DNA of 34,345 nucleotides from a virus (taxonomy: Duplodnaviria > Caudoviricetes). Shown here one piece after another: positions 8,203 to 16,180 of the stretch (position 1 is the first letter of the stretch; every line of letters starts with the position of its first letter). The position numbers and the translations under genes were made by a program. The stretch covers positions 1-34,345 of the IMG/VR virus record IMGVR_UViG_3300024249_000021, one strand, 5' to 3'. The notes beneath the pieces are model-generated. The model saw nothing but the letters and a program-made list of their open reading frames with translations, was not told the DNA's origin and searched no databases.

Positions 8203-9580
8203 ACTTGATGCCCCGCCCAACCTCAACGCCACGGCCACGGCCAACAGGAGCGGGCTTCTCGCGCGCCACGCCTTGCTCGCGAATCATTACCGCTAGCGTC
8301 CTAAAAGCATCCGCATCGTGCGACGCCCAATCATGCAGCGGCTTACGGCTCCACGTCCGCAAGTCTTTGTCGTACTCATATTGATAACAACGCAAGCCGC
8401 GCAGACCGACTTGCTGCTTCGTACTAGGAATGACGTAGTTACAGCGCTCGTTATCGAAATAGCACTTCGGAAAAATCGCCCGCACCGCCGCAATACCGTC
8501 CTCGACACTAAGCTGCTTCGCGCAACGTACGCGGTCTTTACCAAAGATAGCTTGTAGCTGCTCTTGAATCGAGCGTCCGCTACCCAACTCTTTCGCTGCG
8601 CCATCCCACGGCAGCGTATGCATGCCATAATGGTAGGGCCGCTCTTGCAGCTCTTTAACGTAGTAGCTTAGCGCCTCAAGCTCTCCAGCGATGTAATCGA
8701 TAATTCGATACTCCATCGGAAACGATTGCGCGAGCCAGATACGTGTATGCGCCGGGCCAATATCCCAAAACGTTTCGACCGCATGCGTCGGATCGTACGG
8801 CACACGGCCCGTAAGCCGCCCGCTAATCTCTGCGGCGTGCAGTTCTTTCTTATAGATCGCGCCCTCGACCGCCGTACGGCATGTGCCTTCGTAAACATGC
8901 TGACACTCATCAGGGTCGCGACGCATCAAATCTTCGCGCTCTTTGCGAAGAACCTCAGGGAAATAGGGATTGTCGTGCCAGTTGATGAAGATAGACTTGC
9001 AATCCTGCGGGCGATTCGCTTCTACGGCGAAGAGTTTATAAACTTCGTCGTCTTCAAACTCTGGGTTAAAATCAAACCAAAGCTCGCTATCGTACTTGCG
9101 GCCTTGCACAACGATGTCGCGGCGAATCGTAGGAAACACAACATTAAGGCTACGCTTGCTCATCGCCTCGGCTTGCGAACCCCATGCGATATTCACGCCT
9201 TCGTACGACTTGAGGTTATCGACCGATTGCCGCACACCGGCAAAGAAAAACTCTGTTCCATTCGCGCCAACTATATTCTTTTGCTGCACGCGATAAAAGT
9301 CGGAAAGCTCCATCAAGCGAATCTGATCGGTAAGAAGCTGGTGGACGGACTCTTCAATAGATCGCATCGTTTCGCGGTAGCACAACACGCGAATACCGTC
9401 GTTACCAAATTGCTTCGACCAGCCTGGCCAAAGCAGATCGGGTTGCTTACCAATCAGAAGTAGAGCGCGAGCAATACTCCACGACTTGCCGCTACCACGC
9501 CCGCCCCACGCCGCTTTATAGCGCGCCGGCTGAAAAAGAAACTTCATCTTCGGAGGGAAGTAAACGTCAACGTTACGCAT
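8195..9580 (-). CDS. terL: Terminase large subunit, PBSX-like
   Basis: Walker A GGRGSGKS, RE...SI..SV, PTIR...SELW..FNP, NW.DNPYFP, nuclease WDIG and HDWASH.ADAFR; start likely 9580 (or 9598), coupled to the TerS stop. Confidence 0.92.
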   Translation of the reverse strand: MRNVDVYFPPKMKFLFQPARYKAAWGGRGSGKSWSIARALLLIGKQPDLLWPGWSKQFGNDGIRVLCYRETMRSIEESVHQLLTDQIRLMELSDFYRVQQKNIVGANGTEFFFAGVRQSVDNLKSYEGVNIAWGSQAEAMSKRSLNVVFPTIRRDIVVQGRKYDSELWFDFNPEFEDDEVYKLFAVEANRPQDCKSIFINWHDNPYFPEVLRKEREDLMRRDPDECQHVYEGTCRTAVEGAIYKKELHAAEISGRLTGRVPYDPTHAVETFWDIGPAHTRIWLAQSFPMEYRIIDYIAGELEALSYYVKELQERPYHYGMHTLPWDGAAKELGSGRSIQEQLQAIFGKDRVRCAKQLSVEDGIAAVRAIFPKCYFDNERCNYVIPSTKQQVGLRGLRCYQYEYDKDLRTWSRKPLHDWASHDADAFRTLAVMIREQGVAREKPAPVGRGRGVEVGRGIKYG

Positions 9581-9863
9581 CGGCGCTTGGCTCTGCATCG
9601 CCAAACCGGATTGTATGCGCAACGCCAACGGAGCCGCTAAGATTGACGTTCTGCTGAGGCTGCCCATAACGATACTCAAGCAGGCGAAGAAGAACACGAG
9701 CCTCAGTGCCGGAATCCATAGGCTTACTAAGAAGATCGGCCAATTTTTGAACAGGATCAACTTTTGCGAATACGGCGTCGAGAAGCTCGCGGAGTTCGAG
9801 CGTTGACTTATTCGTGCTGCCAACTTTGCGACCAGCGCCTTCACGTCTGCCGCCCGCAGGCAT
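9573..9863 (-). CDS. terS: Terminase small subunit
   Basis: GGRREGAGRK.GS.NK N-terminal motif and YRYGQP.Q...LSG; AGGAG SD; immediately upstream of TerL. Confidence 0.8.
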   Translation of the reverse strand: MPAGGRREGAGRKVGSTNKSTLELRELLDAVFAKVDPVQKLADLLSKPMDSGTEARVLLRLLEYRYGQPQQNVNLSGSVGVAHTIRFGDAEPSADA

Positions 9864-10042
9864 ATTGAACTCCTGAAAGAATTTGATTCTTATTCAATAA
9901 GGCAGCGCCGGAGCTGCGTGTCTCTTCGCGCCCCGGCGCTAGGGGTAGTACATCTTCGTTCGCTACAAGGAGGGAATGCGTCACGGCGTAGATTAGTAGG
10001 GTAAATCCGGTAGGCCGTAAAGAGAAAAATCGCACACTGTAC

Positions 10043-10239
10043 CCGTAGCAAAGCCGTAGTAGCCGTAACTCGTTGAAAACACGATACCGTCTACAGATTC
10101 TACAGTTCTACACTTTATGTATCGTATATATAGAACGAAAAGGAAAATGTATTTACGTTGCTAGGGGTTTAGGGAAACCGTGTTTCTACACGTAGAAAGC
10201 GTAGCTGTAACCAAACATTTGTTGATTCTAAAGGACTTA
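10043..10239. promoter_or_regulatory. Putative replication origin: iterons, AT-rich core, IHF-like boxes
   Basis: CCGTA[G/A] x3 (10043-10068), TCTACA x3 (10090-10113), TATATATA core, palindrome TTTCTAC-AC-GTAGAAA (10183-10198); lies upstream of the primase-helicase operon. Confidence 0.5.
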
Positions 10240-10243
10240 TTTT

Positions 10244-10280
10244 TTGCTTGCTTTTTCACCCTACTCGTACTAAAACGAGT
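10244..10280 (+). promoter_or_regulatory. Possible rightward promoter with overlapping operator
   Basis: TTGCTT at 10244/10248; weak -10 (TACTAA/TAAAAC) inside the inverted repeat ACTCGT-N6-ACGAGT (10263-10280). Confidence 0.35.
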
Positions 10281-10376
10281 GCGCTTCGAAAGGCGGCGTG
10301 CGTCGGACGAGTTCTTCTTTGCGGATGCACCCTGCCGCCACGTCGCCTGATCGAAGCCTTTTAGAGGGGCATCCGC

Positions 10377-11042
10377 ATGATCCGCAAAATTTTGGGCGGT
10401 AGAGAATTTCGCACGCAAAAAGCGATTATAGAATACGCACGCCTAGTCAAAAGCAGGCATGTAGATGGCGAAATTCTATCCGGCAACGACCACGAATTTA
10501 TGCTGGATTTTATCCAGCTCCACGAACGTAGTGCCGAGAAGATTGGTTGTGGTGTTAAAGGTTTCACTATTCAGCGCGACGAGCATTGGGGTAATTCCCG
10601 GCAGTTTGTTCTTATCCGTATAGATGGCTCTCGCGCCATTTTCAGCCATAATGCTCTTCGCTTAAAGCCTCAAACCGAAGAAGAACGTCATCGCGACCGG
10701 GCGATCCACGCAATGCGCGAAGCTATTGTCCCCCAGATTATAGAATTCAAGATAGAGAATTTCATAGCAGGAATGCTTTGCCCACTTACCGGAGAAGTAA
10801 TTACAGAGCCTCATGTAGATCATATAAAGCCGCAAACATTCGAAGCTCTTGTAGCTGGCTGGATGGAGATTAAGGGATATAGTTTTGCGAACGTAGAAGT
10901 AAGTTCAGATTCAGATAATAGGACATTCGAAATAATGAGCAACCCGGAGCAGCTATCTTCTTGGCGTCTTTACCATTCTATTCACGCGAAGTTAAGAATT
11001 TTAAGCAAGGGAGGAAATCTTGGCCCGGCGAGGCGGGCGTGA
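10377..11042 (+). CDS. DCL/DUF3223-domain protein with C-terminal HNH-like motif
   Basis: H....EKIGCGV..F.......SR.F.LIR.DGS...FS (DCL signature); CPLTG...HVDHIKP..F and N-containing terminal motif. Confidence 0.7.
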   Translation: MIRKILGGREFRTQKAIIEYARLVKSRHVDGEILSGNDHEFMLDFIQLHERSAEKIGCGVKGFTIQRDEHWGNSRQFVLIRIDGSRAIFSHNALRLKPQTEEERHRDRAIHAMREAIVPQIIEFKIENFIAGMLCPLTGEVITEPHVDHIKPQTFEALVAGWMEIKGYSFANVEVSSDSDNRTFEIMSNPEQLSSWRLYHSIHAKLRILSKGGNLGPARRA

Positions 11043-13102
11043 GTAAGATATTCAACGCTGCCCGCGATTCTCTCGCGCTTGGTATCTGGCCGCTACCTAT
11101 TAAGCCAGGAGAAAAACGCCCTTCGCTTGGAAACGATTGGCAATCGGCGCGGCTTACTATTGACGATTTACAGGAGCATTTCGAGGACGGTAAAAATCTT
11201 GGATGGTTACTGGGAATAGGCCCAAGTTTTATAGCCGATGTTGACTTTGACTGCCCTGAAGCTCTTGCCGTAGCCCCCCTAATTAAAGGCCCAAAGACCT
11301 CCCGCATTGCCGGCAGAAAGTCTAGCCCTCAATCGCACTACTTCTTTAAGCTGCCGGGCGAGTGCGAGCCAAACACGTTCAAGAATCCGCTTGCGAAAAA
11401 AGAAGACTCAAAAAAGATGCTAGTAGAGATTCGCGGAAAGGGCCAGCAAACGGTAGTACCGCCGTCGATTCATATCTCCGGCGAGCCGTACGAATGGCAT
11501 AAAAGCGGCGAGTTCGGCAGCACGACATACGCCGATCTGTTGCGCTGGGTAAGCAAGATCGCCGCCGCCGCACTCCTAGTGCGCTACTGGCCGGGCCGGG
11601 TTTCGGCGCGCCTCGGGTTGATCGGTATGCTCGCCCGCGCCGAATGGAGTGAAGACGAGACGCTGGAATTTGTCAGCGCGATTATTAAAATTGCAGATTC
11701 GAACGATTCGAAGGAAGTAAAGGCGAATGTACGAAACTGTTACGGGCGCGTCGATGCAAACGAAGAAGCGTACGGCACGGCGAAGCTAAAAGAAACACTG
11801 GGTAATAACGCAAAGGCAATCCTTAAAACTATAACGGACTGGCTCGGGCTTACGCGCGGACAACCCGAGGGGATGATACTTACGGCGGGAGGAGCGCCGC
11901 GCCCGATCCTCGCGAATGCCATAACTGCGCTTAAGAAACTCGACGGATTAGTTGCAATGAACGAGTTCTCTCTTCATATCGTTACGCGCCGCGAAACGCC
12001 GTGGGGCAAATCGGCGGGCGAGAAGTGGACCGATACGGACGATATACGAACAGCAAACTGGCTTCAGCATCAATACGTTTGCGTAAATCCAGGTGTTGCG
12101 CACGACGCGATACAGAGCATAGCGCACGAAAATAAGTTTCATCCTGTTCGCGACTATCTTAAGTCGCTGAAATGGGACGGAGCGCCGCGCCTCGATCTCT
12201 GGTTGATAAAATATATGGGTGCAATAGAGACTAAGTTTACTACGGCCATCGGAAAGCGCTGGCTTATCTCAGGAGTTGCGCGAATTTTCGAGCCGGGCTG
12301 CCAAGCCGATCACACTCTATTGCTCGAAGGCCCGCAAGGAATTAAGAAATCAACGGCGCTGAGAATGCTCGCTAATGCCGAATGGTTTACAGATCATATT
12401 AGCGACCTAGACTCAAAGGACTCACGCATGGATTTACACGGCAAGTGGATCGTGGAGTTGGCCGAGCTTTCCGCCGTGCGGCGCTCGCTGGCAGAGAAGG
12501 TTAAATCTTTTCTTACTGCAACTTCGGACCACTTCCGTCCGCCGTACGGACGGTCAACGGTAGACGTGGAGCGACAGAATATATTTGCAGGCAGCGTAAA
12601 CGACGAAACACCATTTACGGACGAGACGGGAAACCGAAGGTTCTGGCCGGTGCGCTGCGGGAAAATCGATATAGCTTTGTTAAAGAAAGATCGCGACCAG
12701 CTCTGGGCCGAGGCTTACGAGAAATACGAAGCCGGTGAAAAGTGGTGGCTTGATTCCGAACAGCTAAATGAAATCGCTAAAGAAGAACAACGACAGAGGT
12801 ATCAGAGCGGCGTATGGGACGAGAAGATAAAGACATGGCTGGGAAATCCGACGCAAAGATTCGAATACCGTGACGGCCACAAAGTTTACATATTTCCGTG
12901 GGACAATTCCTCGCTTGAAGAAGTAACCTCGGACGATATTTTGCTTCATGCTATTGGGAAGCCTGTAGATCGGTGGACACAATCTGATAAAATTGCGATC
13001 AGTAAATGCCTCACTTCGGAAGGCTGGAAGCGAACGGTCATAAAAGACCTTGAAGGAAATTCGCAGCGCGTCTTCAGGAAGAGAAAAGATGAAGAAATAT
13101 AA
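11039..13102 (+). CDS. Bifunctional primase-polymerase fused to VapE-type helicase
   Basis: PLP.KPGEKRP...W, NLG, DVDFD, H.F, EIRG.G.QTVVPPSIH.SG.PY.W (Prim-Pol); HPVRDYL..L.WDG, LEG.QG..KST, ELAEL, D..GNRRFWPV (VapE); GTG overlaps the upstream TGA. Confidence 0.9.
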   Translation: MSKIFNAARDSLALGIWPLPIKPGEKRPSLGNDWQSARLTIDDLQEHFEDGKNLGWLLGIGPSFIADVDFDCPEALAVAPLIKGPKTSRIAGRKSSPQSHYFFKLPGECEPNTFKNPLAKKEDSKKMLVEIRGKGQQTVVPPSIHISGEPYEWHKSGEFGSTTYADLLRWVSKIAAAALLVRYWPGRVSARLGLIGMLARAEWSEDETLEFVSAIIKIADSNDSKEVKANVRNCYGRVDANEEAYGTAKLKETLGNNAKAILKTITDWLGLTRGQPEGMILTAGGAPRPILANAITALKKLDGLVAMNEFSLHIVTRRETPWGKSAGEKWTDTDDIRTANWLQHQYVCVNPGVAHDAIQSIAHENKFHPVRDYLKSLKWDGAPRLDLWLIKYMGAIETKFTTAIGKRWLISGVARIFEPGCQADHTLLLEGPQGIKKSTALRMLANAEWFTDHISDLDSKDSRMDLHGKWIVELAELSAVRRSLAEKVKSFLTATSDHFRPPYGRSTVDVERQNIFAGSVNDETPFTDETGNRRFWPVRCGKIDIALLKKDRDQLWAEAYEKYEAGEKWWLDSEQLNEIAKEEQRQRYQSGVWDEKIKTWLGNPTQRFEYRDGHKVYIFPWDNSSLEEVTSDDILLHAIGKPVDRWTQSDKIAISKCLTSEGWKRTVIKDLEGNSQRVFRKRKDEEI

Positions 13103-13250
13103 ACTAGCGCCCCGCTGCATCGGCTGCGGCAAGTTCGGCAAGTTTGTATGTAAGCATTGCGCCGAGCTGGTAGCGGCGCTGGAGAAACGGATAAAGAAGC
13201 TGCGGGGGACGGTCGAGGGGAAGTTTGCGCGAGGGAGTAATGAGCTATAA
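13089..13250 (+). CDS. Small CxxC-CxxC Zn-finger/coiled-coil protein
   Basis: CIGC...CKHC; operon packing. Confidence 0.5.
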   Translation: MKKYKLAPRCIGCGKFGKFVCKHCAELVAALEKRIKKLRGTVEGKFARGSNEL

Positions 13251-13626
13251 GTGGACGCCGGTAGTTCTTCACGAAACCGAACCGTGCGGCAAGTGCGGCT
13301 GCTTGTTCGTTTGCGTTACTTCGCCGAAGTATTGGCCGATAGATTCAGTAGCGCTTACGTGCGCGATCTGCGGGAGTGTGGTGGATTATATAGATGGGCT
13401 GCTAAGGATTACGGTGAAGCAGGCGATACGAGAAAGAGTTAACCGACAGTTTGCAATCAGCGGTAGCGGACGTTCGCACGCCGTACACGCGAAAGTAGAA
13501 GGAACTATCTTTGGTCTTATGCGCGAAATGATTCTCTTCGCCCTTGAGAACAATCTCTCGAAACAGGATATAGCCGAAGCGCTCGAAGTTTCAGAAGAGT
13601 ATGTCAGTTTGATTGGAGGGATGTAA
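13240..13626 (+). CDS. Zn-ribbon plus C-terminal HTH protein
   Basis: CGKC...CAIC; LSKQDIAEALEVSEEYVS helix-turn-helix; GGGAG SD. Confidence 0.65.
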   Translation: MSYKWTPVVLHETEPCGKCGCLFVCVTSPKYWPIDSVALTCAICGSVVDYIDGLLRITVKQAIRERVNRQFAISGSGRSHAVHAKVEGTIFGLMREMILFALENNLSKQDIAEALEVSEEYVSLIGGM

Positions 13627-14021
13627 TGGCGAATTGTAAACCATGCGAAGAGAAGGGCGTAGCGAAGACGGCGTTTTTCGTAATCAACGGTGTACCGCTC
13701 TGCCCCGAGCATAGAACCGAGAAGCTGTTGGGCCTAAAGAAACCAGTAGATGTAATAGAGACGAAAGAGGAGGAGGAGAAAATGGTAACAGGAATGGCGT
13801 CACAAGGTCTATGCTTCTGCGGAAGACCGAAGAATCATAGAGGGATACATAAGGGGGCGAAGATGAAGAAAGAAGTTGTAGCCGCGAGACCGAAAGCAGC
13901 GCTTCGAGTGCCGCGCGCGGCCTCGAAAGACTTAGGCGGTCCGATTATATCCGTAATCGCGGAGCTTGAGGCGCGGCGCGATAAGCTACAAAACTTAATT
14001 GACGAGCTAAAAGCGCTGTAG
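13626..14021 (+). CDS. Zn-binding hypothetical protein with C-terminal coiled coil
   Basis: CKPC...CPEH; CFCG...H.G.H; IAELEARRDKLQ.LI..L; GGAGG SD. Confidence 0.65.
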   Translation: MANCKPCEEKGVAKTAFFVINGVPLCPEHRTEKLLGLKKPVDVIETKEEEEKMVTGMASQGLCFCGRPKNHRGIHKGAKMKKEVVAARPKAALRVPRAASKDLGGPIISVIAELEARRDKLQNLIDELKAL

Positions 14022-14037
14022 CGGAAAGGCGGTAGCT

Positions 14038-14313
14038 GTGTACGACCCCGTATACTCGAACAACTTAGGTCTTTGCGGCTACCGCTGTCGCGTCGGCGAT
14101 TGTAAGAAAGTCGTCCGTAGCTATAGGGGAATTGTCATGCATTGTAAACTAGTGCATGGAATAGTGGCGCAGATGGAATTTCCGGGATTTAATGAGGAGA
14201 AGGATGGCGAAACCGAAAGTAAAAATGAGAAGCATGTTCGATCCGCCGGAGTCCGAATCAGAGACGTTAGAGACTTCGACCCAACCGGAAAAATCAGAGC
14301 CGCCAAAGATTAA
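14038..14313 (+). CDS. C2H2-type Zn-finger protein
   Basis: Y.C....C.K.......I..H....H pattern; 3' end overlaps the methyltransferase start. Confidence 0.55.
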   Translation: MYDPVYSNNLGLCGYRCRVGDCKKVVRSYRGIVMHCKLVHGIVAQMEFPGFNEEKDGETESKNEKHVRSAGVRIRDVRDFDPTGKIRAAKD

Positions 14314-15769
14314 AGACGCGTGCCCGCAGTGCGGCGGGCGCTCGCTGAAGACCGTCCGCCCGTTCGAGCATAGCGGGCATACGCACTATTGCGCGACGAT
14401 CTGTCTAAGCGAAGATCGTACGGAGGCGTTCTATTTTACGCCGCGCGTAGAAACGTTCGACGAGCAAGCAGCGCGCGAAGAAGCAAAGAAAGCTGTAGCT
14501 TTTGAAGAGATTTCTTCTGCCGGGTCTAACGAAAGCGAAAGTGCGGCTACGGACTCGGGGCGGGCTTCGCCGCGAATCCCGGAAGCAGAAGAAAGACCGG
14601 AGGTGGTAAGCGGGACGCTGCTTGCGCCTCCGGTCATTGAAATTGGCCCAGTAAATTTATTCGGCGACCCCATCGAAAAAGAACGCGCTGGAGCGCTGGC
14701 CGAACGGTTCCTTGTGCCGCCGTTTAGCGTGCTGGATGCGAGGCAGGGGTATTGGAAGCAGCGCAAGGCGGAGTGGGTGGCAATGGGGATAAAATCGGAG
14801 GATGGCAGGGGAACTGAAGTGCTGTACTCAGGCGATGTAAAAGATTTTGATTACATGAGAAGAAAAAATGGGGAAAAGTCGGATATCCACAGCTTGAGTA
14901 AAGTCGCGCTTGCGACTCCGCAAGCGCGACTAGATAAGTTTAGAGGGAAGGTAAAAACGAGCGGCATAATTTCCGGCTCGCCGCTGCCGCTGGATCGCAA
15001 GAAAGCACTAATCTCCGGCGTTTGCCACGAAGATGCCAACGGCATACCGTACGAATCCGATGTATGGGACGGGGCAGGTACTTCGATCTTCGATCCCGTA
15101 CTCTGCGAGCTTGCCTACAAATGGTTCGCACCTGCGAATGGGAAGGTATTAGACCCATTCGCAGGTGGCAGCGTGCGTGGGATTGTAGCCGAAAAGCTCG
15201 GCTATAAGTATACAGGCATCGAGCTGCGCCCCGAGCAGATCGCGGCGAACGAGAAGCAGGCAGCAGCGATAGGCGTAGCGCCGCGCTGGATAGAAGGCGA
15301 TAGCTCAAAGATGGACGAATTACTTCCCACAGGTGCATACGAAGAAGGCTACGATATGATTTTTGCCTGTCCGCCGTATTACGATTTGGAGCAGTATAGC
15401 GAGAGCAATGATGACGGAAGCGCGAAGCAAACCTATGCGGAGTTTATCGCGTGGTACGAAGGTATCTTCAAGGCGTGCGTAAAGCGCCTCAAGTGGAACC
15501 GCTTTGCCGTGATCGTAGTCGGCGAGATACGAGACGAGAACGGATTCTACAGAAACTTCGTTGGCGATACGGTTAGCGTAATGCTGCGTTGCGGTTTACG
15601 ATACTATAACGAAGCTATCCTATTAACAAGCATTGGTTCGTTGCCGCTGCGCGTAAACAGGCAGTTTGGCGGATACAGGAAATTGGGCAAGACGCACCAG
15701 AATGTGATTGTGTGCTATAACGGGTCGAATTGTGAACAAATTGAGGAGAAGTTCGGTAAATTGCTATAA
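14204..15769 (+). CDS. Phage DNA amino-methyltransferase (N6-A/N4-C) with long N-terminal extension
   Basis: PPFSVLD.R.G.W, SIFDPVL.E..Y.WF, motif I VLDPFAGGSVRG, motif IV CPPYY, K.HQN; GAGGAG SD. Confidence 0.88.
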   Translation: MAKPKVKMRSMFDPPESESETLETSTQPEKSEPPKIKDACPQCGGRSLKTVRPFEHSGHTHYCATICLSEDRTEAFYFTPRVETFDEQAAREEAKKAVAFEEISSAGSNESESAATDSGRASPRIPEAEERPEVVSGTLLAPPVIEIGPVNLFGDPIEKERAGALAERFLVPPFSVLDARQGYWKQRKAEWVAMGIKSEDGRGTEVLYSGDVKDFDYMRRKNGEKSDIHSLSKVALATPQARLDKFRGKVKTSGIISGSPLPLDRKKALISGVCHEDANGIPYESDVWDGAGTSIFDPVLCELAYKWFAPANGKVLDPFAGGSVRGIVAEKLGYKYTGIELRPEQIAANEKQAAAIGVAPRWIEGDSSKMDELLPTGAYEEGYDMIFACPPYYDLEQYSESNDDGSAKQTYAEFIAWYEGIFKACVKRLKWNRFAVIVVGEIRDENGFYRNFVGDTVSVMLRCGLRYYNEAILLTSIGSLPLRVNRQFGGYRKLGKTHQNVIVCYNGSNCEQIEEKFGKLL

Positions 15770-15794
15770 CCTCTTTGTTTTCAAGCGGTTATAG
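15764..15794. promoter_or_regulatory. Inverted repeat containing an IHF-like box
   Basis: CTATAACC-N15-GGTTATAG containing TTTCAAGCGGTTA (cf. WATCAAnnnnTTR). Confidence 0.45.
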
Positions 15795-15819
15795 GCTTAA
15801 AAATAATTGAAGAAAGTTC

Positions 15820-15847
15820 TTGCATTCCTTAAAATAAGGGCTATTAT
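15820..15847 (+). promoter_or_regulatory. Sigma70-type promoter with palindromic operator in the spacer
   Basis: TTGCAT-16 bp-TATTAT with AT-rich UP region; CCTTA-AAA-TAAGG at 15827-15839. Confidence 0.65.
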
Positions 15848-15855
15848 CGCAAACC

Positions 15856-15984
15856 ATGAAAGCGTTACTGATAAAGATTGAACAGAAAGCCTTCGAACGG
15901 TTAGTTGCGTTGGCGAGATCGGAGAAGCGCAAGCCGGGACCGATGGCGGCGCTGATTGTAGAAAGGGCGCTCAATGGAAAATAA
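15856..15984 (+). CDS. Ribbon-helix-helix (Arc/CopG-like) regulator, 42 aa, not in the ORF track
   Basis: MKALLIKIEQKAFERLVALARSEKRKPGPMAALIVERAL: alternating beta strand plus two helices; ATG 8 nt after the -10. Confidence 0.7.
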   Translation: MKALLIKIEQKAFERLVALARSEKRKPGPMAALIVERALNGK

Positions 15985-16180
15985 GCTCTGCATTGATAAT
16001 GGTTATATCGTTTTCCTTCGCCTCACCATCACCGGCAAATACGCCGAGTACACGTCGCTTAAGCGTCCGGTGGAGCTGCCGATGGCCGAGAGTCTAGCCG
16101 AGCATTTGCGCCGCAACAAAACAGATGCGATGATCGTGGCAGCGGCAACAGGGGAAATTGTGAAGGAAGTGCGGGCATGA
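15974..16180 (+). CDS. Hypothetical protein
   Basis: Overlaps both neighbours; operon packing. Confidence 0.55.
   Translation: MENKLCIDNGYIVFLRLTITGKYAEYTSLKRPVELPMAESLAEHLRRNKTDAMIVAAATGEIVKEVRA

Noticed and set aside
9581-9844. 87-codon N-terminal extension of the TerL ORF in the track
   Set aside because: Overlaps terS in another frame, has no terminase-like sequence, and ATG 9580 couples to the terS stop; no slippery site noticed
10043-10113. CRISPR-like or DGR-type repeats
   Set aside because: Repeats are only 6-8 bp; no cas or reverse transcriptase gene in the window
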